Positions 19,897-28,621 of a stretch of DNA of 64,000 bases are shown in pieces. Position 1 is the first letter of the stretch, and every line of letters begins with the position of its first letter. Under the pieces are notes generated by a model. That model saw only the letters and a program-made list of their open reading frames with translations. It was not told where the DNA came from and did no database searches. Origin of the DNA: an uncultured Chloroflexia bacterium (GTDB lineage Bacteria; Chloroflexota; Limnocylindria; QHBO01); contig CAVZAQ010000011.1 in the NCBI GenBank assembly GCA_963773405.1, positions 171,684-235,683 on the forward strand, in the 5' to 3' direction. The translations under genes and the position numbers were made by a program.

Positions 19897-21387
19897 ATGC
19901 CGAGCTCAGAGCTGCCGATGCTGCCGGCGGGCATGTACGAGCCGCACGGGCCGCGCGAGGAGTGCGGCGTGATCGGCATCTGGGCACCGGGCCAGCCGGT
20001 GGCGCGCCTGACCTACCTGGGCCTGCACGCGCTGCAGCACCGCGGCCAGGAGTCGGCGGGCATCGCGACCACCGATGGATCCGGCCTGCACCTCCACAAG
20101 CGCCTGGGGCTGGTGAGCCAGGTCTTCGACCGCGAGACCATCGAGGCGCTCGAGCAGGGACGCGATCGCGGCGGCGAACCCGTGGCGGTCGCGTCCATCG
20201 GCCACACGCGTTACTCAACGACCGGGTCGAACACGCTGCCGAACGTCCAGCCGGTCCACGCCCACGGAGACCTGGGCGAGCTGATGCTCGGCCACAACGG
20301 GAACCTCACCAACGCGGCCTGGCTCCGCGACGAGCTTTCCGAGCAGGGCGTCGATTTCGTCACGGCATCCGACACCGAGGTGCTTGCGCGCTTCATCGCG
20401 CATGCGCCGGGACGCACGTGGTCGCAGCGCGTGGCCCGCGTCTTCCATCGCGCCACCGGTGCCTTCACGTTCACGATGCTCACCGAGTCGGCGCTCGTCG
20501 CGGCTCGCGACCCGGTGGGGTTCCGTCCCCTGGCGCTGGGTCGGCTGCTCGGCGCCGACGGCGCCGCGGTCGGCTGGGCCGTCGCCTCCGAGAGCGCGGC
20601 CCTGGATGCCATGGGCGCCCAGTTCGTCCGCGACGTCGAGGCGGGCGAGATCCTGACCATCGACGCGGACGGCGTCCGGTCCGACCGTCCCGAGGTCCAC
20701 GGCGCCGGCGAGCACCTGTGCGTGTTCGAGTTCGTCTATCTCGCCCGGCCGGACAGCGTCATCGGCGGCCGGCTGCTTTACGAGGCGCGGATGCGCATGG
20801 GGCGCGAGCTGGCTCGCGAGCAGCCTGCCGAGGCGGACCTCGTCATCGCCGTCCCGGACTCCGCGATCCCGGCCGCCATCGGCTACGCGGAGGAGGCGGG
20901 CCTCCCGTACCGCGAGGGGCTCATCAAGAACCGGTACGTGGGCCGCACCTTCATCCAGCCCGCGCAGCAGTCGCGCGACGAGGCCGTGCGCATGAAGTAC
21001 AACCCGCTGCCCGAGGTGGTGCGCGACAAGCGGGTGGTCATGGTCGACGACTCGATCGTGCGCGGCACGACCACAGGCCCCACCGTGGCGATGCTCCGGC
21101 GCGCCGGAGCCCGCGAGGTCCACGTACGGATCCACTCTCCCCAGATGGCCTATTCGTGCTACATGGGCGTCGACACGGGACGTCGATCCGACCTCATCGC
21201 GGCCACCCACGACGTCGACGGGATCCGGCGCGCGATCGGCGCAGACTCGCTGGGTTATCTCTCGCGGGACGGGCTGCTCGCCGCGGTCGGCGGCGAGACG
21301 TCGCGGTTCTGCACGGCCTGCTTCGACGGGCGCTACCCGACCGACGTCCCGATGGAGCTCGACAAGTACGCCCTGGAGCGCGGCTAG
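19897..21387 (+). CDS. purF: amidophosphoribosyltransferase
   Basis: 'EECGVIGIW' (propeptide plus catalytic Cys), 'GLHALQHRGQESAGI', 'GHTRYSTTG', 'VPDSAIPAAIGYA' and 'VDDSIVRGTT'. Intact. Start is ambiguous (GTG 19846, ATG 19897, ATG 19918). Confidence 0.9.
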   Translation: MPSSELPMLPAGMYEPHGPREECGVIGIWAPGQPVARLTYLGLHALQHRGQESAGIATTDGSGLHLHKRLGLVSQVFDRETIEALEQGRDRGGEPVAVASIGHTRYSTTGSNTLPNVQPVHAHGDLGELMLGHNGNLTNAAWLRDELSEQGVDFVTASDTEVLARFIAHAPGRTWSQRVARVFHRATGAFTFTMLTESALVAARDPVGFRPLALGRLLGADGAAVGWAVASESAALDAMGAQFVRDVEAGEILTIDADGVRSDRPEVHGAGEHLCVFEFVYLARPDSVIGGRLLYEARMRMGRELAREQPAEADLVIAVPDSAIPAAIGYAEEAGLPYREGLIKNRYVGRTFIQPAQQSRDEAVRMKYNPLPEVVRDKRVVMVDDSIVRGTTTGPTVAMLRRAGAREVHVRIHSPQMAYSCYMGVDTGRRSDLIAATHDVDGIRRAIGADSLGYLSRDGLLAAVGGETSRFCTACFDGRYPTDVPMELDKYALERG

Positions 21388-21415
21388 GGATTCGACGGAG
21401 CAGAGGGCAGGGCAG

Positions 21416-22448
21416 ATGGCACGCACATACCGTGAGGCAGGGGTCGACATCGACGAGGGGCGCCGCGCCGTCGAGCTGATCGGGCAGGCCGTGGCTTCCA
21501 CCGCGACGCCGGAGGTCCTTGCCGGCATCGGCGGCTTTGGCTCGCTCTTCCGCCTGGACCTCGGCCGCTGGAAGGACCCGATCCTGGTCGCATCCACCGA
21601 CGGGGTGGGCACCAAGCTGAAGGTGGCGATTGGCCTCGATCGGCACGGGACCGTGGGCGAGGACCTGGTCAACCACTGCGTGAACGACGTGGCGGTCCAG
21701 GGCGCCGACCCGCTCTTCTTCCTCGACTACCTGGGCGTGGGCCGGCTCAGCGCGGAGCAGGCGGCAACGCTCGTGGAGGGGATGGCCCGCGCCTGCCGGG
21801 AGAACGGGACGGCCCTGGTGGGTGGCGAGACCGCCGAGCTCCCCGACCTGTACCGCGAAGGCGACTACGACCTCGCCGGCTTCGTGGTCGGCGTGGTCGG
21901 CGCCGCGGACCTCATCGATGGCTCCGAGGTCCGGGCCGGCGACGCGCTCCTGGGTTTTCCGTCGAGCGGCCTGCACACGAACGGCTACACCCTCGCGCGG
22001 CGCATCTTCGACGAAGGCGACTGGCAGCAGGTCCGCACCCGGCCTGGAGGGGACCATTGGCGACGCGCTGCTGGCTCCCCATCGCTCGTACCTCGCGGAG
22101 CTTCGTACCCTGCGGAGCGTGCTGCGGGGAGCGGGCACGGACCTGCTCGCCTGCGCGCACATCACCGGTGGCGGCTGGATCGAGAACATCCCGCGCACCC
22201 TCCCCGCCGGGCTGGGCGTGGAGGTCACCGCCGGGAGCTGGCCGGTGCCGCGCATCTTCAGCCTTATCCAGCAGCGGGGCGACGTGCCCGACGAGGAGAT
22301 GGTCCGGGTCTTCAACCTGGGGATCGGGATGACGGTGGTCGTGCGCGAGGCGCAGGCCGAGTCCGCCATGGCCGCGCTGCCGGAGGCCTGCCGCGTCGGA
22401 CGCGTGGTGACGGTCGAGGCCGGGATGCCGCGCGTCGCGTTCGTCTGA
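21416..22448 (+). pseudogene. purM: phosphoribosylformylglycinamidine cyclo-ligase, one +1 frame break (~22040)
   Basis: 'YREAGVDIDEGRRAVELI', 'GGFGSLF' and 'STDGVGTKLKVA' run up to 'RRIFDEGDWQQV'. The C-terminal part 'LEGTIGDALLAPHRSYL...HITGGGWIENIPR...VFNLGIGMTVVV' is in ORF 21822..22448. The listed 564-aa ORF is an artefactual purM-purN read-through. Confidence 0.85.
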
Positions 22449-22456
22449 CGGGTCGC

Positions 22457-23110
22457 ATGCGGCTTGGTGTCCTCGTTTCCGGGCGCGGCTCGAACCTCGA
22501 GGCGGTCCTGGACGCCGTCTCGGCGGGCCGCCTCCCGGGTGTGGACCCGGTGCTCGTCATCGCCAACCGCCCCGGGGTGCGCGCGCTCGAGGTCGCATCG
22601 CGCCACAGCGTGCCCGCGCGGGTCTTTGCCCGGCGGGCCTTCCCCGACGCCGGGCACGACGCGACCACGCCATCGGCCAAGCGGTGTCGGAGGCCGAGGT
22701 GCGAGCTGGTCCTGCTGGCCGGCTACGACCAGCTTCTGCGGCCGGAGTACTTCGCCGCGTACGGTGGCGCGACCATCAACATTCACCCGAGCCTGCTGCC
22801 CCGCCATGGCGGGCGGGGCATGACCGGGATGGCGGTCCATCATGCGGTCCTGGCGGCCGGCGACGCGGAAACCGGGGTCACGATCCACGAGGTCACGCCC
22901 GACCTGGACGGCGGGCCGATCCTGGCCCAGGAGGCGGTGCGGGTGCATACCGGCGAGGATGCCGATGGGCTGGCGCGCCGGGTGCTGGAGGTGGAGCATC
23001 GGCTCCTGGTGGAGACGCTGCGGCGCCTGGCCGCCGAAGGGCCCCCCGCGAAAGCATCTGCTAGGATGACCGCCGTGCCGCGCGACCGACGCGCGGGTCG
23101 ACGCATCTGA
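22457..23110 (+). CDS. purN: phosphoribosylglycinamide formyltransferase (contains a compensated -1/+1 pair, ~22648 and 22702)
   Basis: 'MRLGVLVSGRGSNLEAVLDA', 'ELVLLAGYDQLL', 'INIHPSLLPRHGG' and 'GVTIHEVTPDLDGGPILAQ'. About 18 codons between 22648 and 22702 read better in the neighbouring frame ('RRARRDHAIGQAVSEAEV'). The ORF itself stays open. Confidence 0.8.
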   Translation: MRLGVLVSGRGSNLEAVLDAVSAGRLPGVDPVLVIANRPGVRALEVASRHSVPARVFARRAFPDAGHDATTPSAKRCRRPRCELVLLAGYDQLLRPEYFAAYGGATINIHPSLLPRHGGRGMTGMAVHHAVLAAGDAETGVTIHEVTPDLDGGPILAQEAVRVHTGEDADGLARRVLEVEHRLLVETLRRLAAEGPPAKASARMTAVPRDRRAGRRI

Positions 23111-23125
23111 AAGGGCCACAGCCCC

Positions 23126-23713
23126 ATGCCGCAAGGCCTTCCGGATCCCGGAAAACTCTGGAACGACTTCATCACCAACCCGCTCGTCCAGCTCGCGGGA
23201 CAGCTGATCGTCATCTACGTCGTCCTGCTGTGGCTGGGAACCGCGTACTGGTCCTTCCGGGACATGCAGGCTCGGACGGAGAACCCGATCCTGCCCTACT
23301 TCGCGGCAGCCCTGATCATCTTCTTCACCCCGCTCCTCTTCCTCTTCGCGGTGGTCCTGTACCTCATCGTCCGGCCGCGCGAGACGCTGGCCGAGGTCTA
23401 CGAGCGCTCCCTTGCTGAAGAGACCCTCCTGGCCGAGGTCGAGAAGAACCGGCTCTGTCCCACCTGCCGCCATCGGGTCGACGCCGACTGGCTCGTCTGC
23501 CCCAACTGCCGTACCCGGCTGCACCGCGTCTGTCCGGCGTGCACGCGGCTGGCGGAGCCGGACTGGTCGCTCTGCGCGTACTGCGGGACGGAGCTCGACC
23601 GGGCCGACCGGCCCATCGCCCGCCCGGTGGCACGGGTGAGCACCACGGATCGCCCGACCTCCCCCGAGGTCGCGCCGGAGACCGGCGCCCTGGGCCGCGC
23701 AACGCACAGCTGA
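23126..23713 (+). CDS. membrane protein with C-terminal triple CxxC zinc-ribbon region
   Basis: 195 aa. Two N-terminal TM segments are followed by 'CPTCRHRVDADWLVCPNCRTRL..CPACTRLAEPDWSLCAYCG'. Confidence 0.65.
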   Translation: MPQGLPDPGKLWNDFITNPLVQLAGQLIVIYVVLLWLGTAYWSFRDMQARTENPILPYFAAALIIFFTPLLFLFAVVLYLIVRPRETLAEVYERSLAEETLLAEVEKNRLCPTCRHRVDADWLVCPNCRTRLHRVCPACTRLAEPDWSLCAYCGTELDRADRPIARPVARVSTTDRPTSPEVAPETGALGRATHS

Positions 23714-23720
23714 CCTTCCG

Positions 23721-24779
23721 GTGACCGGCGCCGGGGCACCCGAGGACCGGGAGGCGGATAGCGCGCCGCTCGATGCGGAGCCGACAGCCACCCTCGCCGG
23801 GGACGACCGTACCGCCAGCGGAGTCCCGGGTCGTACCCGGCCGCTGTTCGAAGAGCTCGCGCCCGGCCCGCGGACCTGGCCCGGCTGGGTGGCCATCGCG
23901 CTGGGGATCGGGGCCCTCCTGCCAGCCGTCGTCAGCGCGTCGGCGTACCTCGCCGACCAGGCAACCGGGTCGTTCGACGCGCTTGCAGCGGGCATCGCGG
24001 TGCTCGCGGGCATGGTGCTGGTGGTGGGTGGGCTCGTCTGGCTGGCAGTGGCGGGGATCCTGCGCCGCCGGACCCTGGGGCCGGAGCGCTACCGGGGTCC
24101 GTCCGTGCTGGGGCTGCTCGCCATCGTGGTCATCGGCGGCAATCTCGCGGCCCTGCCCATCCTCCTTCTGCTGCTCGGGGGTGACCCGAACCGTCTGGAC
24201 GATCCATTCGTGGTCACCGTCGAGCTGCTCCTCACGCCCGCGAGCTTCCTGATCGTGTACGGGCTCTTCATCGCGCTGCCGCGCTCCCTGCCGGGGGTGC
24301 GGATCTGGTCCGGCATGCAGAGCGTCGGACGTCTGCTGCTGGGGATCGGCCTGGGCATCGCGGTATGGCTGGGGCTCGGTGTGCTGAGCGCCCTCGTCAA
24401 CCTGGTGATCACCCAGTTCACCGGCAAGCCACTCGGGGGCGAGCAGGCGGTCGCCGGGCTGGCCCAGCAGATCCCGTTCGTCTCGGCCGTGCTCACCATC
24501 GCCATCCTGGCGCCCCTGGCGGAGGAGCTCTTCTTCCGGGGCGCGGTCCTCAATGCCTGGGAACGCGAGTACGGCACGAACAGGGCTGTTCTCGGCTCCG
24601 CGACGCTCTTCGCCCTGGTGCACATCGCGGGAGGCACCCCGCTCGCGGTGGCGGAGGTCTTCCTGCTCGGGCTGGTGCTTGCCTCCGTCTACGTGCGGAC
24701 TCGCAGCCTGGCGACCACGATTGGCCTCCACGGCGCCTTCAACCTCGCCTCGGTGCTCGCCATCTTCCTGGCGAAATGA
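23721..24779 (+). CDS. CPBP (CAAX/Abi) family intramembrane glutamic endopeptidase
   Basis: 352 aa, polytopic. Motif 1 'LAEELFFRGAV', motif 2 'ATLFALVHI', motif 3 'HGAFNL'. Confidence 0.8.
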   Translation: MTGAGAPEDREADSAPLDAEPTATLAGDDRTASGVPGRTRPLFEELAPGPRTWPGWVAIALGIGALLPAVVSASAYLADQATGSFDALAAGIAVLAGMVLVVGGLVWLAVAGILRRRTLGPERYRGPSVLGLLAIVVIGGNLAALPILLLLLGGDPNRLDDPFVVTVELLLTPASFLIVYGLFIALPRSLPGVRIWSGMQSVGRLLLGIGLGIAVWLGLGVLSALVNLVITQFTGKPLGGEQAVAGLAQQIPFVSAVLTIAILAPLAEELFFRGAVLNAWEREYGTNRAVLGSATLFALVHIAGGTPLAVAEVFLLGLVLASVYVRTRSLATTIGLHGAFNLASVLAIFLAK

Positions 24780-24848
24780 TCACGCGCTCCGACCCCGTCG
24801 GAGTTCGCTAATCGCGCGGTAAGCGGCCGATACGCTCGCGAGGCCAAC

Positions 24849-25508
24849 ATGAGAGACATGACGCTTCGCGCTTCGACGCGGCCGCCGGGCACGCCCGCCA
24901 TGGGGATCACCCCGCTGACGGTGCTGGGCGACGCGGAGCTCCTGTCGATCGCGGTCATGCGACCGCTCTCGCTGGCGGCCGGCCTGCTCGAGCGGTTGGA
25001 GGGTGCGATCGGGGTGGTGGCGGCCAGCCCGTCAGAGCTCGTATCCGCAGGCCTGCCGGCCAGGCATGCCTCCGCGTTCGCCGGCGCCTGCGAGCTCACC
25101 CGCCGAGCGCTGGCCGCTCCGCCCGTGGATCGCTGGGTCATTCGTCGTCCCGCAGACCTGGCTGAGCGGCTGGCCCCCGGGATGGGCCTCCTCGAGCGGG
25201 AGGAGCTGCGGGTCGCGGTCCTCAACACGAAGAACGCCGTCACCGCACTACTTACGGTGTATGTCGGCAGCCTGGCGGGCTCATCGGTCCGGGTCGGCGA
25301 GGTGTTCCGCGAAGCGGTGCGCCGCAACGGTGCCGCGGTTGTCGTCGCACATAACCATCCGAGCGGGGACCCCACGCCATCTGCCGAGGACCTGCGGATC
25401 ACCGAGGAGCTCGCCTCGGCGGGCCGGCTCCTGGACATCGCACTCCTGGACCATCTCGTCATCGCCCGGGACCGCTGGGTCAGCCTCCGTTCGCTCGGCG
25501 TCCTGTAG
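24849..25508 (+). CDS. radC: RadC-like JAB-domain protein (UPF0758)
   Basis: 219 aa. 'VVAHNHPSGDPTPSAEDLRITEELASAGRLLDIALLDHLVI' is the JAMM-like HxHxxxxxxxxxxD region. The N-terminus is HhH-like. Confidence 0.85.
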   Translation: MRDMTLRASTRPPGTPAMGITPLTVLGDAELLSIAVMRPLSLAAGLLERLEGAIGVVAASPSELVSAGLPARHASAFAGACELTRRALAAPPVDRWVIRRPADLAERLAPGMGLLEREELRVAVLNTKNAVTALLTVYVGSLAGSSVRVGEVFREAVRRNGAAVVVAHNHPSGDPTPSAEDLRITEELASAGRLLDIALLDHLVIARDRWVSLRSLGVL

Positions 25509-25617
25509 CCGACTACCGAAAGTTGGCGCTGTCCCGCATCATGAGGGCACGCGATCGGATCGGCTGGGCAGGTCATCGCCCGGCGAAGGGCTCCGCCGGT
25601 CGCCAGGAGGGATCGTC

Positions 25618-27303
25618 ATGGTCAAGGGGGATGGGCAAAGGTCCCGCCGCCGGTCGAGCTTCTGGAGCGAGCAGCTTCCGCTGGTGCTCGGCGGCCTGCT
25701 GGTCGTTGCCGGGGTCGTGCTCGTCACGGCGGTGGTCCTGGGATCCCCGCCGGAATCGACGACCCCGACCGCCATCTCCAGCCCCGCTGATTCCGGATCG
25801 GCACCCGCCATCACACTGCAGCCGTCGGCGAGCGCGCAGATCCTCACGCCCGCCCCGACCGAACCCGGCTCCACGCCGCAGCCCACGCCCCGCGTGGTGG
25901 CGGAGACGGCGCTGGACCTTACCTGGCGCTCGCTCGACGGCCTTCCGGGCACCGCGGACGATCCGGCCACCCAGACGGTGGCGGTTGCCGGCCTGGCTCG
26001 CGGGCCCCGGGGCTACGTGGCCGTTGGCGAGATCGTGGACGGATTCCTCACCGAGACCGGCGCAACCGGCCCAATCCATCCCGCGATCTGGACGTCGGCC
26101 GACGGCGTCGCCTGGCAGCTGGCCGACGGGCGAGCCCTGGGCGACGTGGTCCCCGTGGGGGTCGCCGCCACGGGCGACGAGATCATCGTGCTGGCGTCCT
26201 CATCGCGCGACCCCGTCCTCCTCCGTTCCTCCGGGGATGGCGCGTGGTCCCCGGTGACCCCCCCGGACGCCGTGATCGGGCGCATCGCCGCCGCCGGCCC
26301 CGGCTTCGTCGCCGTTGGCCTCCGGCTCTCGACCAACCACCAGGCGATCTGGAGCTCGGTCGACGGAGCGACCTGGGACCGGACCTGGGAGTCAGACGTG
26401 GATGCGGGGGAGTCCCTCACCACCATCGGCGCCGGGCCAGGCGGCTCGGTGGTGGTGGGCGGTACCCAGCTGGGCCTCACCGCCGGCGCCCATGCTGCTG
26501 CGCTCGTCTCGCCCGACGGCCTGGCGTGGACGCGCGTGGACCCGGCCGCGCTGCCGCGGACCATGGGGTTCGACGCCATCGGCCTGGGGGCGGACGGCGC
26601 GTGGTACGGCGCCGGGTTCGACGGGGCACGGGGCGGGATCGGGGTCTGGCGCTCCGCGGACGGGACCAGCTGGACGCAGACCACCTTCGGCCCGGCGCAG
26701 GCAACGGAGCAGCCCGGCGACACCGGCAGCGCCTCGGCGGTCTTCGCCTTTGACGGGCGCACCTTTGTGCTCGCCTACACGTCGTGCTGCGGCTACCCAC
26801 CCCAGCGGGAGCTCGTGACGCTGGACGGCCGGACATGGGCGCGGGCCGACCGGTCATCGGCCGTGCGCTCGACACAGCTCAGCGCTGTCCTCGTGGAGCC
26901 GGACCGGGTGCTGGCGGTGGGTGGCCTGAACCGGGCCGCCGGCGTGTGGCTGGCCACGGGCGCGCCGTCCGGAGGGGTCGAGTTCGCTGCCGAGCTGGCG
27001 CCGCCCTCGGAGTCCGACGTGTGCGGCACCAGCCCCGAGCTGAGGCTGACCGTCGAGGTCGACCGCAAGGGCGTCGTGGCCCGCATCCGCCTGGTGCGCG
27101 CCGACGGGTCGGGGGCCGAGCTGACCGGCGTGATCTGGCCGTACGGATGGCACGCGACGGCGGGGCCTCCGCTGACCATCCGCAACGCGGCGAACGTCGT
27201 GGTCCTGCGCGAGGGCGACGAACTGACGCTCACCGACGGACGGGCCACCGGTGGCTCCTACCACGTCTGCACCCTGAACGGCGAGGCGGTCTGGGGCCAG
27301 TAG
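25618..27303 (+). CDS. membrane-anchored protein with about 6 Asp-box (BNR-like) repeats, probable beta-propeller
   Basis: ATG 25618 follows AGGAGGG. There is an N-terminal TM segment and a Ser/Pro linker. The S-x-D-G-x-x-W motif recurs: 'TSADGVAWQ', 'SSGDGAWS', 'SSVDGATWD', 'VSPDGLAWT', 'RSADGTSWT', 'TLDGRTWA'. The listed ORF 25003..27303 overlaps radC and is too long. Confidence 0.6.
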   Translation: MVKGDGQRSRRRSSFWSEQLPLVLGGLLVVAGVVLVTAVVLGSPPESTTPTAISSPADSGSAPAITLQPSASAQILTPAPTEPGSTPQPTPRVVAETALDLTWRSLDGLPGTADDPATQTVAVAGLARGPRGYVAVGEIVDGFLTETGATGPIHPAIWTSADGVAWQLADGRALGDVVPVGVAATGDEIIVLASSSRDPVLLRSSGDGAWSPVTPPDAVIGRIAAAGPGFVAVGLRLSTNHQAIWSSVDGATWDRTWESDVDAGESLTTIGAGPGGSVVVGGTQLGLTAGAHAAALVSPDGLAWTRVDPAALPRTMGFDAIGLGADGAWYGAGFDGARGGIGVWRSADGTSWTQTTFGPAQATEQPGDTGSASAVFAFDGRTFVLAYTSCCGYPPQRELVTLDGRTWARADRSSAVRSTQLSAVLVEPDRVLAVGGLNRAAGVWLATGAPSGGVEFAAELAPPSESDVCGTSPELRLTVEVDRKGVVARIRLVRADGSGAELTGVIWPYGWHATAGPPLTIRNAANVVVLREGDELTLTDGRATGGSYHVCTLNGEAVWGQ

Positions 27304-27315
27304 GCCACGAATGAC

Positions 27316-28533
27316 TCAGGAACCGATGATCAGCCGGTAGACGCCGCCGCCGCCCACGTCCGCGAGGTAGAGCTCGCCGTCCTCTCCGACGCCGAAGGCG
27401 CCGATCTGCGTTCCGGAGGCGAGCACCGGCTTGGGCGTGATGGACCCCTCGTCGACCTGCAGGGTGAAGACGGTGCCGGTGCAGCTGTCACCGAACACGT
27501 AGACCCCGTCCAGGGCGGGCTGCGCCGTGCCGCGATACACGTACCCTCCGTGATCGGCGCACCCCGCGTCGTGGCCGTACTCCGCGATCGGCTTGACGTA
27601 GGGTCGCTGGTCGCAGCGAGCCGTCGTAGCAGTGCCGGCCCTCCATCACGTTCCAGCCGTAGTTCTCGCCGCCGGACGAGTCGCCCGGCTGGCGGTCCAC
27701 CTCCTCCCAGGAGCCCTGTCCGACGTCGCCGATGTACAGGTCGCCGTTCGCCGGATCGAAGCTGAATCGCCAGGGGTTGCGCAGCCCGTAGGCCCAGACC
27801 TCGGGGGCGCCGCCACCCGGGTCGGACCCGTCGGCGGCGAAGGGGTTGGTGGACGGGATGGCGTAGGGCTTTGCCGCCGATGGCGCGCGGTCGACGTCGA
27901 TGCGCAGGATCTTGCCCAGGAGCACGCTCGGTGTTCTGTGCGTTGCCGTATCGGGTCGCCCCCCGAGCCGCCGTCGCCCGTCCCGATGTACAGGTACCCG
28001 TCGGGACCAAACGCCAGCTGCCCGCCATTGTGGTTGGCGAAGGGCTGCGGGATGACGAGGAGGATCCGCTCGCTCGCCGGATCGGCGCGGTCCGCGGTGG
28101 CGGCGAGCTCGCTGACGACGGTGGCGCCATCGGGCCGGCGGGTGTAGTCGACGTAGACCCGGCCGTCCTGCGGGAATCCGGGATGGAAGGCCAGGCCGAG
28201 GAGTCCGCGCTCACCGCCGGCGAGGATCCGGTCACGCAGGTCGACGAACGGGTCCTTGCGCACGGCGCCGCCGGCGTCCACGACGCGGACGGTCCCGGCC
28301 TGCTCGTTGACGAAGAGGCGCCCGCTGCCGTCGCCGGCGTTGGCGATCCCGATGGGGTGGTCAAGGCCGGTCGCCACCGCCTGCAGCGCCAGGTGATCCG
28401 GGCCGGTTGGGAGCGGAGGGTTCGTGGATCCGCCGGTCGGCAGGCTGACCGTGGGGGTCGCCGCCTGGCAGGCCGCGAGGGCCAGCGCCAGGCCGGCGAC
28501 AAAGGCGCGTCCGGGGCGCGCGCGAGGGCGCAT
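27316..28533 (-). pseudogene. PQQ-dependent sugar (glucose/sorbosone) dehydrogenase lipoprotein, three +1 frame breaks
   Basis: Lipobox 'LALALAAC'. 'GLLGLAFHP' and 'HNGGQLAFGPDGYLYIGTGDGG' lie in ORF 27646..29205. 'YGNAQNTER' is in a third frame. 'LLGKILRID...GLRNPWRFSFD...DLYIGDVGQGSWEE' lies in ORF 27488..27925. 'CDQRPYVKPIAEYGHDAGC...YVFGD' lies in ORF 27316..27540. Breaks fall at ~27950, ~27925 and ~27610. Confidence 0.75.
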
Positions 28534-28621
28534 GGTGCGCCGAAGCCTACCCCCGACGCCGGTGTGCTGCACCGGCGTCGCCTGACCGCGCCGGTCCTGA
28601 TGGGGTAGGGTTGAAAAGACC

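Noticed and set aside
19551-19917. ZTP (pfl) or PRPP/ykkC-type riboswitch upstream of purF.
   Set aside because: Only vague resemblance ('gtgaccg', 'ccgcccg'). The conserved cores I remember for these classes are not present. I kept it only as an unclassified structured leader.
21416-23110. 564-aa ORF as a PurM-PurN fusion.
   Set aside because: Residues after 'FDEGDWQQV' are low-complexity Arg/Gly sequence. The real PurM C-terminus sits in ORF 21822..22448, which ends 8 nt before the purN ATG.
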